From Acidobacteriota bacterium (GTDB lineage: Bacteria; Acidobacteriota; UBA4820; DSQY01): DNA of 64,000 bases. Positions 37,296-47,318 of this stretch are shown here, piece by piece (position 1 is the first letter of the stretch; each line of letters opens with the position of its first letter). The notes under the pieces were generated by a model. It did not search any database, was not told the DNA's origin, and saw nothing but the letters and a program-made list of their open reading frames with translations. The position numbers and the translations under genes are program-made. Location: contig JBAWEQ010000259.1 of NCBI GenBank assembly GCA_049591295.1, positions 25,812 through 89,811 on the forward strand, in the 5' to 3' direction.

Positions 37296-37425
37296 GCGGA
37301 ACGCAGGCGGCACGGAAGGCAGCAGAGGGAGACTTCCGGCATCATCCTCGACTTTCGCTCCGGCAGCCGGCCGGGCCGCCAGGTTACGGCGGCCCAGACC
37401 TTCGCGGCTGTCGGATCACCGCAAT

Positions 37426-38136
37426 ATGGAGGCGGACATGATCACCACACGCAAAGCAAGCGACCGAGGCCACTTCGACCACGGCTGGCTCGATACCTAT
37501 CACAGTTTCTCTTTCGCCGGTTATTTCGATCCCAGCCACATGGGCTTTCGAGTCCTGCGGGTCATCAACGAGGACCGGGTGGCGCCGGGAGAAGGGTTCG
37601 ACACCCACCCGCACAACGACATGGAGATCATCACCCTCGTCCTGGAGGGCGCCCTGCGCCACCAGGACAGCATGGGCAACGGCTCGGTCATCCGGCCCGG
37701 CGAGGTGCAGCGGATGAGCGCCGGCACCGGCGTGACCCACAGCGAATTCAACGCCTCCGAGACGGAGCCCGTTCACCTCTACCAGATCTGGATCCTTCCG
37801 GAACGGAAGGGGTTGCCGCCGAGCTACGAGCAGAAGGCCTTTCCCCCCGACCCGACGGCTGGGGGCCTGCAACTCGTGGCCTCGCGCGACGGCCGCGAAG
37901 GCTCCGTCACCATCCACCAGGACGCCAGCCTCTACCTGGCGAAGTTGGAGAAGGGGGAGAGCGTGAAGCACCCCCTTGCGCCCGGCCGCCACGCCTGGGT
38001 TCAGGTGGCCACGGGCGCGGTGGAGGTGAACGGCCTCGACCTGCGATCGGGCGACGGGCTGGCGGTGAGCGGCGAGGAGTCCCTCCACCTCTCCGCCTCG
38101 CCTGCTGGGGAGCTTCTCCTCTTCGATCTGCCCTGA
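37426..38136 (+). CDS. Pirin-family protein
   Basis: The cupin HPHNDMEIIT...E metal site matches pirin. The true start is internal to the 294-aa ORF. Confidence 0.8.
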   Translation: MEADMITTRKASDRGHFDHGWLDTYHSFSFAGYFDPSHMGFRVLRVINEDRVAPGEGFDTHPHNDMEIITLVLEGALRHQDSMGNGSVIRPGEVQRMSAGTGVTHSEFNASETEPVHLYQIWILPERKGLPPSYEQKAFPPDPTAGGLQLVASRDGREGSVTIHQDASLYLAKLEKGESVKHPLAPGRHAWVQVATGAVEVNGLDLRSGDGLAVSGEESLHLSASPAGELLLFDLP

Positions 38137-38172
38137 GGGCCGCCGGTACGCCCGCCTGACAGAAGCCCAGAA

Positions 38173-38202
38173 ACGAACAGGGGGCCTCGCGGCCCCCCAT
38201 CG
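38173..38202. terminator. Bidirectional rho-independent terminator between the convergent pirin and pepF genes
   Basis: GGGGGCC-tcgc-GGCCCCC stem flanked by T/U-rich runs on both strands (CGTTTCCGTTTGG on plus, TGTTCGTTTCTGG on minus). Confidence 0.6.
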
Positions 38203-38221
38203 CGTTTCCGTTTGGCTTGCG

Positions 38222-40132
38222 CTATTTGCCGGCCGGAGCGGCCTTTTTCTTGGCGTCCATCTTGTTGAGAATGGCTTCCATCTGGTCCATCGCCCTGTTC
38301 ATGGCCTTCATGGTGATGTCGAAGGGGGCATCGGTGGTCATATCGACGCCGGCCACCTTGAGCTCCTCCACCGGGGGCAGGGAGCTTCCGAGGGTGAGGA
38401 ACTTCCGGTAGTCCTTCACGGCGTCCGGCTTGCCCTCCATGATCATCTGCGAGATGGCCGTGGACGCCGTGATGGAAGTGGCGTAGCTATAGACGTAGAA
38501 ATTGTAGTAGAAGTGCGGGATGAAGGCCCACTCGGAGTAGCAGACCGGGTTGATCTCGGTGATCCCCTTGTCCACCCCGTAGTAATCGTTGATGATGCCG
38601 GCGTAGGCCTTGTTGAGGTTCTCGCCCGTGAGCGGCTGGCCGCTCTCCACCATCTGGTGGATCTTCAGCTCGAACTCGGCGAACTGCGCCTGCCGGAAGA
38701 GCGTCTGGCGGATGTTGTCCACGTAGCTGCCCAGCAGGAAGAGCTTCATGGCGTCGCTGTCGGTGTGCTTGAGCATGTAGTCCATGAGAAGGTTCTCGTT
38801 GCACGTGCTCGCCACCTCGGCCACGAAGATGGTGTAGTCGCTCGTGGGGAACGGCTGGGTCTTGTTGGAGTAATAGCTGTGCATGGTGTGGCCCGATTCG
38901 TGGGCCAGGGTCGAGACGTCCTCGTAGCTGCCGTTGAAATTGAGAAGCATGAAGGGGTGGACGTCGTAGGCCGCGCCGTTGCTGTAGGCGCCGCTGTGCT
39001 TGCCCGGCGAGGGGTAGAAGTCAACCCAGCGATGCGCGTACCCGTTCTTCAGCACGTCCACGTAGTCCTGGCCCAGAGGCGCCACGGCCTTCAGGACCAG
39101 GTCCTTGGCCTGGTCCGCCGTGTACTTCTCGTCCACCTCTTTGATGATGGGCGCGTAGAGGTCCGAGTAGCGGAGCTGGTCCAGCCCCATGATCCGCTGG
39201 CGCAGCTTGAGGTAGCGCCAGAGGGTGGGCAGGTTCTTGTGGACGTTCTTGAGGAGGTTGGTGTAGACCACCGTCGGGATGTTGGGCCCGTCGAGGGCCG
39301 AGCTGAGGCAGTCTTTGTAGTTGCGGGCCTTGGCGAAGAAGAGGTCCTTGTCCACCTCGCCGTTCAGGAGGGTGCCGTAGGTGCCCTTGAACTGGTCCAG
39401 GTTGCCGAAGAAGGCCTGGAAGACGGACTCGCGGTCCCACCGGTTGGGCACGGCCCGGTATTTGGTGTAGGCCGATGCGTCCAGCTTGACCGTCTCGCCG
39501 TTGCTGAGGGTCACCGTGGCCCTCGGGTTGTCGGCGTCCGAGAAGACGCTGAAGATGGAATCCGGCGTTCCCGACACCAGCGAGGCATCGGCCATGATCT
39601 TCTCCTCGGCCGGCGAGAGCGTGTGCGGCTTGAGGCGGATGATGTCCTCGATGACCGGCTTGTAGATCGCGAGACCGGGCTCCTCCTTCAGGAAGGCCTC
39701 GATCTTGGCGCTCGGGATCTCCAGGATCTCCGGATCCACCCACGCCGTCTTGGCTCCGAACTCCGCGCCCAGGGGATCCAGGGACTGTCTCATCTCCATG
39801 GCGTGGGCGTCCCGGACGTCGAGGTCCGATTTCTGGGAGGCGTAGGTGGCCAGGCGAGTGAACTCCTTCTTCAGATCGAAGAGGAGGTTCATGCAGCCTA
39901 GCAGTTCCTTCGGGGAACTACCTAGCTTGCCCTTGTACTGGGCCACCTCGGGGAGCCGCTTCTCGAGGTCCTTCTTGGCCGATTCCCACGCGGCGTCCGT
40001 CGGATAGACATCCGAAAGGTCCCACTTGTCCTGGTCGGGTATCTTGGAACGGTCCATAGCCTGGACGGACGCCCCCGCCAAGAAGAGGGACGCCACCGCG
40101 GCGGCCATCAGAGACGTTACGGTGCATTTCAT
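38222..40132 (-). CDS. pepF: Secreted M3-family oligoendopeptidase F
   Basis: Signal peptide, an HESGH zinc-binding motif, and M3B length and layout. Confidence 0.8.
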   Translation of the reverse strand: MKCTVTSLMAAAVASLFLAGASVQAMDRSKIPDQDKWDLSDVYPTDAAWESAKKDLEKRLPEVAQYKGKLGSSPKELLGCMNLLFDLKKEFTRLATYASQKSDLDVRDAHAMEMRQSLDPLGAEFGAKTAWVDPEILEIPSAKIEAFLKEEPGLAIYKPVIEDIIRLKPHTLSPAEEKIMADASLVSGTPDSIFSVFSDADNPRATVTLSNGETVKLDASAYTKYRAVPNRWDRESVFQAFFGNLDQFKGTYGTLLNGEVDKDLFFAKARNYKDCLSSALDGPNIPTVVYTNLLKNVHKNLPTLWRYLKLRQRIMGLDQLRYSDLYAPIIKEVDEKYTADQAKDLVLKAVAPLGQDYVDVLKNGYAHRWVDFYPSPGKHSGAYSNGAAYDVHPFMLLNFNGSYEDVSTLAHESGHTMHSYYSNKTQPFPTSDYTIFVAEVASTCNENLLMDYMLKHTDSDAMKLFLLGSYVDNIRQTLFRQAQFAEFELKIHQMVESGQPLTGENLNKAYAGIINDYYGVDKGITEINPVCYSEWAFIPHFYYNFYVYSYATSITASTAISQMIMEGKPDAVKDYRKFLTLGSSLPPVEELKVAGVDMTTDAPFDITMKAMNRAMDQMEAILNKMDAKKKAAPAGK

Positions 40133-40257
40133 GCGCTACCTCCCTTTCACAAACTGCCTGTGTTCCCGCTTTCCGAGCCCCAGGCCGAGACGCACCCAGG
40201 CCCGCCGGGTGCATTTCGGCCACTTGGTAGTATACGCCCGCCATACGGGCAAGGGTT

Positions 40258-41052
40258 TCAGAGAGAGCGGACCGGCGCCGCCTCCCTGGCCAGGTGGGCC
40301 GCGCCCAGGGCGCCGGTGAGCTGGGGGCGTTCGGGGATCCGGAAGGAGACGCCGAGGAACTCCTCCAGGCACCGGACCAGATCTACGTTGAGCGCCCCCC
40401 CTCCCGTGAAGACGGCCGGTTCCCCCACGCCCGCCTGGCGGACCAGCCCGGCGAGCCGCTTGGCCATGGCGCGGTGGACGGCGTGGGCGATGTCGGGCAC
40501 CGCCTCGCCCCGGGCGATGAGCGAGATGACCTCGCTCTCGGCGAAGACCGTGCAGGTGGAGGACATGGCCAGCTCGCGCGTGCTGTTGTTCCCCGCGGGG
40601 CCGAGCCCCTCGATGCCCGTGCGGAGCGTCGCGGCCATGGCGTTGAGGAACCGGCCCGTGCCCGCGGCGCACTTGTCGTTCATGGCGAAGGCGAGCACCC
40701 GGCCCGAGGCCTCCAGCCTGATGGCCTTGCTGTCCTGTCCCCCCACGTCCACCACGAGGGCGGCGCCCGGAAAGAGGGCGCAGGCCCCCCGGGCGTGACA
40801 GGTGATCTCCGTCACCCGCTTCTGGACGAAAGGAAGGGCCTCGCGCCCGTAGCCCGTGCCCACCACGAACGCCAGATCTTCGCTCCGTGCCCCCGCCGCG
40901 GAGACGGCCCCATCGAGCGCATCCCTCCCGCAGACGGCGAGCTGGGGCGTGGTCTCGGCCATCCCCCAGCCCAGCAGCCGCCCCTCCGCGTCCAGGACCA
41001 CCGCCTTGGCCGTCATGGAGCCCACGTCCAGTCCGCCGTAGAGGGAGGCCAT
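40258..41052 (-). CDS. BadF/BadG/BcrA/BcrD-type ATPase (HgdC-like activase of 2-hydroxyacyl-CoA dehydratase)
   Basis: The true start MASLYGGLDVGSMTAKAVVLD is an actin-like ATPase phosphate-1 motif. Conserved Cys for the bridging [4Fe-4S]. Internal to the 408-aa ORF. The start codon abuts the upstream dehydratase stop. Confidence 0.75.
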   Translation of the reverse strand: MASLYGGLDVGSMTAKAVVLDAEGRLLGWGMAETTPQLAVCGRDALDGAVSAAGARSEDLAFVVGTGYGREALPFVQKRVTEITCHARGACALFPGAALVVDVGGQDSKAIRLEASGRVLAFAMNDKCAAGTGRFLNAMAATLRTGIEGLGPAGNNSTRELAMSSTCTVFAESEVISLIARGEAVPDIAHAVHRAMAKRLAGLVRQAGVGEPAVFTGGGALNVDLVRCLEEFLGVSFRIPERPQLTGALGAAHLAREAAPVRSL

Positions 41053-42365
41053 CACGCCGCCTCCAGGGATTCGATGAAGGCCATCAGCCGGGTCCGCGCC
41101 GCCGCCTCGGCCCAGCTCCTGAAGTCCGTCATGTCCGCCTCCAGAACTACGCTCCTGACGCCCAGCCGCTCCTCCAAGGCGCGCTGAATGCCGTATTGCC
41201 CGAGGGAGTATGGTTTGCACGAACGGGCCGAGTGGAGCACGAGCCCGTCCACGGAGAAATCCTTTGCGATCTGCTCCATGAGATTCAGCCTGTTCTCCAG
41301 GTCCCGGTTGAGAAAGATGAGCCCGTAGGCCCGGGCCAGCGAGCCCCATGGCTCCTTCTCGTCGATGCGCACAGCGGGCTCGGCCCAGGCGTGCGTGTAG
41401 GTGCCCGCCACCAGGGCGCAGCCGTTCTCGGCGAAGAGGCGGGAGAGCGGCTGGAGAGCGAACCACACGGCGATGTTGTCCCACAGGAGCCGGTGGCGCT
41501 CTCCCGGCACCGCCGCCACACCCCTCTCCACCCGCTCCTTCAGCTCCTTGAGGAGCCCCTCGTAGTAGCGCTCGCAGACGGGGAGACCGCGCAGGGCCAC
41601 CACCGGCGCGAGGTGGACGAAGGCGTCGAAGAGGGTCATGGGGGTTGGCCTCGCCTGGAGCGTGGAAAGCACCTCACCCCACAGCGCGGCGCTCCTGCGG
41701 GAGGAGAGGAGAACCTCCCGGAAGCGCTCCTCCCTGAAATCGGTGCCGGTGATACGCTCCAGCTCGGGCACAAGGGCCCGGAGCTGGTCGCCCACGTATC
41801 GCAGGGCGGCCTCATCCGGCTCGCCGTGGACGTAGGGCGTGTCCACGAGGAGGAACGGGATGCGGTAATGGTGAGCCAGGGCCTTGAACCAGTAGAGGAC
41901 GGTCTGGCAGATATTGTTGGTGCAGAAGAGCAGATCGGGCGCCGGAAGCTTCCCCACCGGGGTTCTGCCCGAGAGGGCGTGGCCGAGGTCAACCTTGGCG
42001 TAGGAGCAGAGGTCCAGGGAGTATCCGGCCTCCTCGGCCACCTCGCAGAGCTCGGGGCCCATGCGGCGGGCGCCGCAGACCGCCGAGTGGTTCTCCGGAT
42101 ACAGGGTGTAGCAGCCGAAGGCCCTGAGCAGCTCCACCGGCGCCCCGCTCGTGACCCACGCCACGGGCCGCACCCCCTTGACGTACCGGGCCAGCCCGTA
42201 GTGCCGGGTCATGATCCGGCGCAGCTCGTGCCGGCTCTCTAGCGGAGGCCCGAAGAAGGGCTCCCGGGACGCCGGCGGACGGCGGGGCCCCGACGAGAGG
42301 CGCGTCATCCAGTCCAGCCCGGCCCCCCTCATGAAGGCGAAGCGCAGATCCGACCAGGGTTTCAT
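41052..42365 (-). CDS. 2-hydroxyacyl-CoA dehydratase family subunit (HgdA/BcrC-like)
   Basis: 437 aa with HGD-D family conserved Cys and DTPYV-like motifs. Its 4-nt overlap with the next gene indicates an operon. Confidence 0.7.
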   Translation of the reverse strand: MKPWSDLRFAFMRGAGLDWMTRLSSGPRRPPASREPFFGPPLESRHELRRIMTRHYGLARYVKGVRPVAWVTSGAPVELLRAFGCYTLYPENHSAVCGARRMGPELCEVAEEAGYSLDLCSYAKVDLGHALSGRTPVGKLPAPDLLFCTNNICQTVLYWFKALAHHYRIPFLLVDTPYVHGEPDEAALRYVGDQLRALVPELERITGTDFREERFREVLLSSRRSAALWGEVLSTLQARPTPMTLFDAFVHLAPVVALRGLPVCERYYEGLLKELKERVERGVAAVPGERHRLLWDNIAVWFALQPLSRLFAENGCALVAGTYTHAWAEPAVRIDEKEPWGSLARAYGLIFLNRDLENRLNLMEQIAKDFSVDGLVLHSARSCKPYSLGQYGIQRALEERLGVRSVVLEADMTDFRSWAEAAARTRLMAFIESLEAA

Positions 42366-43516
42366 GGAATTGACTCCAGGAAGGCCTGGATCCGCGTCAC
42401 GAGCGAAGCGGGCGGTTCAGGCTCCAGCTCGCTCTCGGCCTGGAGGAGGGGCACCCCCTCCGCGCGCAAGGCTTCGACTAGGGCCGGCCGCTCGAAGCCC
42501 TCGGGTTCGCAGAATTTCATGGCCAGAAAGATCACGCCCCGGGCGTCCGAGCGCTCCACCAGGCGGCGCAGGAACGCGATGCGCTCCGGAAGGGGCGAGC
42601 CGGCGGTGGAGCAGGGGGGCCAGGCGAGCTGGCGCCGGGCCAGGGCCGCCCACGGATCTGTTGGCAACTCCGGGGGCTCGCGAAGGACCCTTCGCCCGCA
42701 CGCGATCAGGTCGTCCTCGGCGATCCGTATCCCTTCCCCGTCCAGCCACCGAAGAAGCGAAGCCGGGGCGGGCAGCACCCCGGAGAGGAGGATGGGCACC
42801 CCCTCCTTCAGGGGCTGCTCAGCGCGGCGCTCGCGCAGAAAGGCCTCCAGCCGGGCCAGCGCCTCCTCCGGCCAGAGGTACTCGCAGGAGCGGACCGCCT
42901 CGTAGAACTCGGTGGCGCTGGCGCGGAGCCTTGCCTCCGCTCGCAAGCGGTAAAGGTCCCGCAAGAGGCCGTCCCGGCGCGCTCCCCACGCCACGGCCTC
43001 CTCCAGCGCCCCATCCCGCATGGGCCCCGTCACTCGGTCGAGCGCCTGGGAGAGGCTCGCCAGCTGGCTCTCGGCGTAGGCCAGTGCCTGCGGTCCCGAG
43101 CCCCTCGGCGGATACCAGGCGAGGCAGGGCTTTTCTTCGCGAAGCAGATCCTTCACCAGCGATGAGAGGTTCTGCAGGCTGTCGCAGGTGTGGGGAAATA
43201 CAAAGAGGTCCACGGGGGCGAGCGTTCCGGAGAGATAGAGGCCCAGCCCCCTCTTGACCACGGGGCAGACGAAGCTCTGGAGGTGGGCTAAGGTCAGCTC
43301 CACATCCCCGGGCGGATCCCACACCTCGCCGGCGCAGAGTCCGTGGGCCCACAGCAGCTCCGCCGGATAGCGCGCCGGCCACACCGCGGCCAGGCCCCGC
43401 CCGTTAATCCTCTTTTGCTCCGTGAGGTACGCCCTCCGGCCCATCATCGGCTCCGGGGGTGTCCGGTGCACCGACCGGCCGGTGGCGGCAGCGGCCGGTT
43501 CAGGCTGAAGCCCCAT
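42362..43516 (-). CDS. 2-hydroxyacyl-CoA dehydratase family subunit (HgdB-like); alternative start at 43447 (MMGRRAYL)
   Basis: 384 aa, homologous to the partner subunit, with conserved Cys residues (C...C...C). Confidence 0.65.
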   Translation of the reverse strand: MGLQPEPAAAATGRSVHRTPPEPMMGRRAYLTEQKRINGRGLAAVWPARYPAELLWAHGLCAGEVWDPPGDVELTLAHLQSFVCPVVKRGLGLYLSGTLAPVDLFVFPHTCDSLQNLSSLVKDLLREEKPCLAWYPPRGSGPQALAYAESQLASLSQALDRVTGPMRDGALEEAVAWGARRDGLLRDLYRLRAEARLRASATEFYEAVRSCEYLWPEEALARLEAFLRERRAEQPLKEGVPILLSGVLPAPASLLRWLDGEGIRIAEDDLIACGRRVLREPPELPTDPWAALARRQLAWPPCSTAGSPLPERIAFLRRLVERSDARGVIFLAMKFCEPEGFERPALVEALRAEGVPLLQAESELEPEPPASLVTRIQAFLESIP

Positions 43517-43550
43517 GCTAGACTGGGCTTCCGTGAAGAAGGAGGTGGGG

Positions 43551-45422
43551 ATGCGTTGGTCATGGTTGGTTATGTTGATCTCCCTCTGCCTGCCGCTGCT
43601 GGCCTCGGCCGGGGACGCGTTCGATCCCCTGCCCGGCGACCAGCGCCGGCTCTACCGGTTCGACCTCGCCAGGAACTTCTACGCCGACCGGGCGGCCTGG
43701 CAGGCCGACGTGGACCGGGCCAAGGCCCTGATCGGCCGCGTCGAATCCTATAGGGGCAAGCTTCTGGACGGCCCAGAGTCCCTTCTCGCCGTCATGGAAC
43801 TCCAGCGCGACCTGGAGGACCTGACCACGAAATTATACGCCTACGGCGAATTCCGCGCCGCCGTGAACACCTCCGACCGGGAGGCTTACGAGGCTTACCA
43901 GAGGCTGATGGCCGATCTGGAGGCCAGGACCAGCTTCATCCGCGTGGAGCTGCTCGGCCTCACGGAGTCCCGGCTGAAGGCCTTGGAGGGAGCGGAGCCG
44001 CGGCTTTCTTCCTATCGCTACCTGCTCGAGGAGACGGTGCGGATGGGACCGCACACGCTCTCCGAGCGCGAGGAATCCCTCCTCGCCTCGCTGGGCCCAG
44101 ACCTCACCGCCTGGCAGCCCGTGCTTTTCCAGAAGGCCTTCGACCGATACCCCTTCCCCTCCATCCGCGTGGGAGAGAAGTCCCTTAATGTCCACTCGGA
44201 CTTCGAGACCCTCATCAGGAACCCCGACCGCTCCATCCGCGAGCGGGCCTTCCGTCAGTACTACGACGCCCTCCGCCAGAGCAGCGACTTGGCCGGCTTC
44301 GGCCTCCTGCGCGAAATGAAGGCCTACAACGAAGTCGCTCGGCTCAGGGGCTTCCCGACCTACTACGACGAGACCCTCTTCGAGCGCTTTCTCACCCGGC
44401 CCCAGATCCTCAACCTCTTCGGCCAGATCGAGAAACGCCTGGCTCTCTACAGGGCTTACCAGGAGTGGCGCATGAAGGAGGTGGAGGCCCAGACGGGGGT
44501 GGCCCGCGCGGAGATCTGGGACATGGAGCTCCCGCCGGACGATCTTCCCCAGCCGCGCACCACCGCGGATCAGGCGGTGGGGCTCGTGGAGGAGAGCCTC
44601 GCCGTCCTGGGGCCGGAGTACTCCGCCGACCTGCGCCGCTTGCTCGATCCCCGCCACGGCTCCATCGACATCGCCGGCGGGCCGGGCCGGGGCCAGGGCG
44701 CCTTCACCGAGGGCAACCTCGGCTTCTTCATGGACAACTTCCAGGGCTACCTCGGCGACGCCTCCACTATCGCCCACGAGTCCGGCCACGCCGTCCACTA
44801 CCAGCTCGTGAAGGACCACCGGGGCTCCCTCCTCTTCGCCCGCGGCCCCTCCTACATGACCGAGTCCTTCGCCATGTTCAACGAGTGGCTGCTGCGCGAC
44901 CACCTCCTCAAGACCGCCAAGGACCCCGCCCTCCGCGAGATGGTCCGCAGGGACTCGCTCAACGAGATGATGTATCTCTGGGAGCTGGCGCGGCGCGCGA
45001 AGTTCGAGATGGTGGCCTACGACCGGGTCGCCGCGGGGGAGATCACGGACGAGAGGGGTTTCGACAAGGCCTGCGAGGACACGGGCCGCCTCTACGATTC
45101 CTGGTTCCAGCGGTATCCGGAGCTGGAGGTGCACTGGATGCGCAAGCACCACTACTGGACCGTGCCCACCTACTACGTGAACTACGTCCTGGCCCACCTG
45201 CTGGCCCTCAAGTACTACCAGCTCTACCTGGAGGACCCCGCGGGCTTTGCCCCGCGCTACGTCGCCATGGTGGAGAACGGGTTCCCCGAACCCGCGGCGG
45301 AGATCCTGAAGAAGAGCCTGGGGATCCACCTCGGAGACCCGGACCTCCTCGCCGGCACCTTCGCGCTGATCCAGAAGCGCTTCGACGAAGAGAGGGCGCG
45401 GGGCGCCTCACCGGCCGGGTGA
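43551..45422 (+). CDS. Secreted M3-family oligoendopeptidase F paralog
   Basis: AAGGAGGTG RBS, signal peptide MRWSWLVMLISLCLPLLASA, and an HESGH motif. Confidence 0.8.
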   Translation: MRWSWLVMLISLCLPLLASAGDAFDPLPGDQRRLYRFDLARNFYADRAAWQADVDRAKALIGRVESYRGKLLDGPESLLAVMELQRDLEDLTTKLYAYGEFRAAVNTSDREAYEAYQRLMADLEARTSFIRVELLGLTESRLKALEGAEPRLSSYRYLLEETVRMGPHTLSEREESLLASLGPDLTAWQPVLFQKAFDRYPFPSIRVGEKSLNVHSDFETLIRNPDRSIRERAFRQYYDALRQSSDLAGFGLLREMKAYNEVARLRGFPTYYDETLFERFLTRPQILNLFGQIEKRLALYRAYQEWRMKEVEAQTGVARAEIWDMELPPDDLPQPRTTADQAVGLVEESLAVLGPEYSADLRRLLDPRHGSIDIAGGPGRGQGAFTEGNLGFFMDNFQGYLGDASTIAHESGHAVHYQLVKDHRGSLLFARGPSYMTESFAMFNEWLLRDHLLKTAKDPALREMVRRDSLNEMMYLWELARRAKFEMVAYDRVAAGEITDERGFDKACEDTGRLYDSWFQRYPELEVHWMRKHHYWTVPTYYVNYVLAHLLALKYYQLYLEDPAGFAPRYVAMVENGFPEPAAEILKKSLGIHLGDPDLLAGTFALIQKRFDEERARGASPAG

Positions 45423-45489
45423 GCCCGGTCCCCAGCCGGCCGCGAAGACCGGCGACCGCTGCCGCCGCACAAGGGGCCGGTCCCTCCCC

Positions 45490-45534
45490 TTGACAAGTTC
45501 TTCTCCCCTCGTTAAATTACCAAACAGTTGGTTT
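45490..45534 (+). promoter_or_regulatory. Sigma70-type promoter (TTGACA-17-TAAATT) with an overlapping ACCAA-N4-TTGGT inverted repeat, candidate TetR operator
   Basis: TTGACA at 45490-45495 and TAAATT at 45513-45518. The palindromic ACCAAacagTTGGT at 45519-45532 lies immediately upstream of the tetR-like gene. Confidence 0.55.
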
Positions 45535-45578
45535 AACCTTTTAGTTGAACCGGCCAGTTATCGATAGGAAGGAGAAGC

Positions 45579-46304
45579 ATGGCCGCCGCCGAAGAGTCGC
45601 AGCAGCAGGGAACCAGGACGGCCATCCTCGATGCCGCCGCCCGCGAATTCGCCGAGTCGGGCTTCGCAGGCGGTCGGGTAGACGAAATCGCCCGGCGCGC
45701 CGGCGTCAACAAGGCCATGCTCTACTACCACGTGGGCAACAAGTCGGCGCTCTACGAGGCCGTCCTGCTGCGGTGGATGGATCAGCTCTTCGAGGAACTC
45801 GACCGGCGAATCTCACCGGAGATGGAGGCAGAGGAGCAACTGGCCGCCCTGGCCGGAACCTTCGAAGCGCTCGTCGGGCGCAACCCTCAATACCCCCAGA
45901 TCCTGGTGCGGGAGTTCTCCACCGGCGGGCAGAACCTCTCCCCCCGCGTGATGACCAAGCTGCTGGAACTCTTCCGGAGGGAGGGCCGGATCCTGTCGGA
46001 GGGCAGACGGGCCGGAACGCTCAGGAAGGCCGGTCCCATCACGGTGCACATCCTCCTGGTCGTGGGCACCGTGATGCACCTCATGGGCCGCCAGATCCGC
46101 GAGCGGATCCTGGCCCTCAACCTGGGCGACATCCCGGAGATTCCCGCTTCTCCCTCGCAGATCGTCGTGGACCTGCTGCTCAATGGCCTCAAGGTGCGGC
46201 CACCTTGCGAAAAAGGCGCGGCGCGCCCCGGCGCGCCCCCATCGAAGGAGCGTCCTATCCGTCCCGCGGCCCATCCCCGCCGGCACAAGGAGAACTCACG
46301 ATGA
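45579..46304 (+). CDS. TetR/AcrR-family transcriptional regulator
   Basis: N-terminal HTH (TRTAILDAAAREFAESGFAGGRVDEIARRAGVNKAMLYYHV). Confidence 0.8.
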   Translation: MAAAEESQQQGTRTAILDAAAREFAESGFAGGRVDEIARRAGVNKAMLYYHVGNKSALYEAVLLRWMDQLFEELDRRISPEMEAEEQLAALAGTFEALVGRNPQYPQILVREFSTGGQNLSPRVMTKLLELFRREGRILSEGRRAGTLRKAGPITVHILLVVGTVMHLMGRQIRERILALNLGDIPEIPASPSQIVVDLLLNGLKVRPPCEKGAARPGAPPSKERPIRPAAHPRRHKENSR

Positions 46305-47290
46305 ACCGACGAACCACTCTCACGGCCTCCGGAGCCGCTCTGGCAGCGGTAGTGGCGCTGATCTCCTGCGGGCGCGGCGACGCGGGAGGAGCCATCAGGG
46401 TGTCCGGCAACATCGAAACCGACGAGACGCAGATCTCCTTCCGGGTCCCCGGGCGCATGGCCGTGCGTCTCGTGGACGAGGGCGACACGGTGAAGGCGGG
46501 CCAGGTGGTAGCACGCCTCGACGCCACCGACCTCAACCAGCAGGTGGCCCTCAGGCAGGCCGACGCAGACGCCGCGGCGGCCGCCCTCAAGGAGCTGCAG
46601 GACGGCTACCGCAAGGAGGACGTGGCTCAGGCCAAGGCGCGCCTCGACGCCGCCGAGGCCGAGGAGAACCGGCTCAAAGCCGACGACGCCCGCCAGCAGG
46701 ACCTGTTCAAGCGGGAGGTCATCTCGGCGCGCGAGTACGACGCCTCCCACGCCGCCCTTCTGACGGCCCAGGCGCAGAAGCGCGCCGCGGCCGAACAGTA
46801 CGCCCTCATGAAGAGCGGCTACCGGAGGGAGCAGATCGACCAGGCCAAAGCCAGGCTCGATGCCGCAAATCAGGCCCTGGATCTGGCGAAGACCCAGCTC
46901 GGATACGCGACGGCCGTCTCTCCGCTCTCGGGAGTGGTCCTCTCCAAAAACGCCGAGCCAGGCGAGGTCCTCGCCGCGGGGGCTCCCGTGGTGACGGTGG
47001 GCGACATCAGGGACGTCTACCTCCGGGCCTACATCGACGAGGCCGACCTGGGGCGAGTCAAGCTCGGGCAGGAGGTGAAGGTCACCACCGACAGCTACCC
47101 GGGCAAAGCCTACAAGGGGCGCATCGTCTTCATCTCGCCGGAGGCCGAATTCACGCCGAAGATGGTCCAGACCCAGCGGGAGCGCGTCAAGCTCGTCTAC
47201 CGGATCAAGATCGACATCTCCAATCCCGACCAGGAACTCAAGCCCGGCATGCCGGCGGATGGGGAGATTGAGGTGGGGCGTCCGTCGTGA
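46301..47290 (+). CDS. HlyD-family membrane fusion protein (YbhG-like)
   Basis: The ATG overlaps the tetR stop (ATGA). Lipoprotein-like N-terminus, long coiled coil, and beta-barrel. Confidence 0.8.
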   Translation: MNRRTTLTASGAALAAVVALISCGRGDAGGAIRVSGNIETDETQISFRVPGRMAVRLVDEGDTVKAGQVVARLDATDLNQQVALRQADADAAAAALKELQDGYRKEDVAQAKARLDAAEAEENRLKADDARQQDLFKREVISAREYDASHAALLTAQAQKRAAAEQYALMKSGYRREQIDQAKARLDAANQALDLAKTQLGYATAVSPLSGVVLSKNAEPGEVLAAGAPVVTVGDIRDVYLRAYIDEADLGRVKLGQEVKVTTDSYPGKAYKGRIVFISPEAEFTPKMVQTQRERVKLVYRIKIDISNPDQELKPGMPADGEIEVGRPS

Positions 47291-47318
47291 AGCCCCGAAC
47301 GGAGAGCCGGAGCCGCCC

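Noticed and set aside
45545-46300. 581-aa ORF 45545-47290 fusing the TetR region to HlyD in another frame
   Set aside because: The N-terminal 250 aa are Arg/Gly/Pro low complexity overlapping the bona fide TetR gene. The real HlyD starts at 46301 with a 4-nt overlap.
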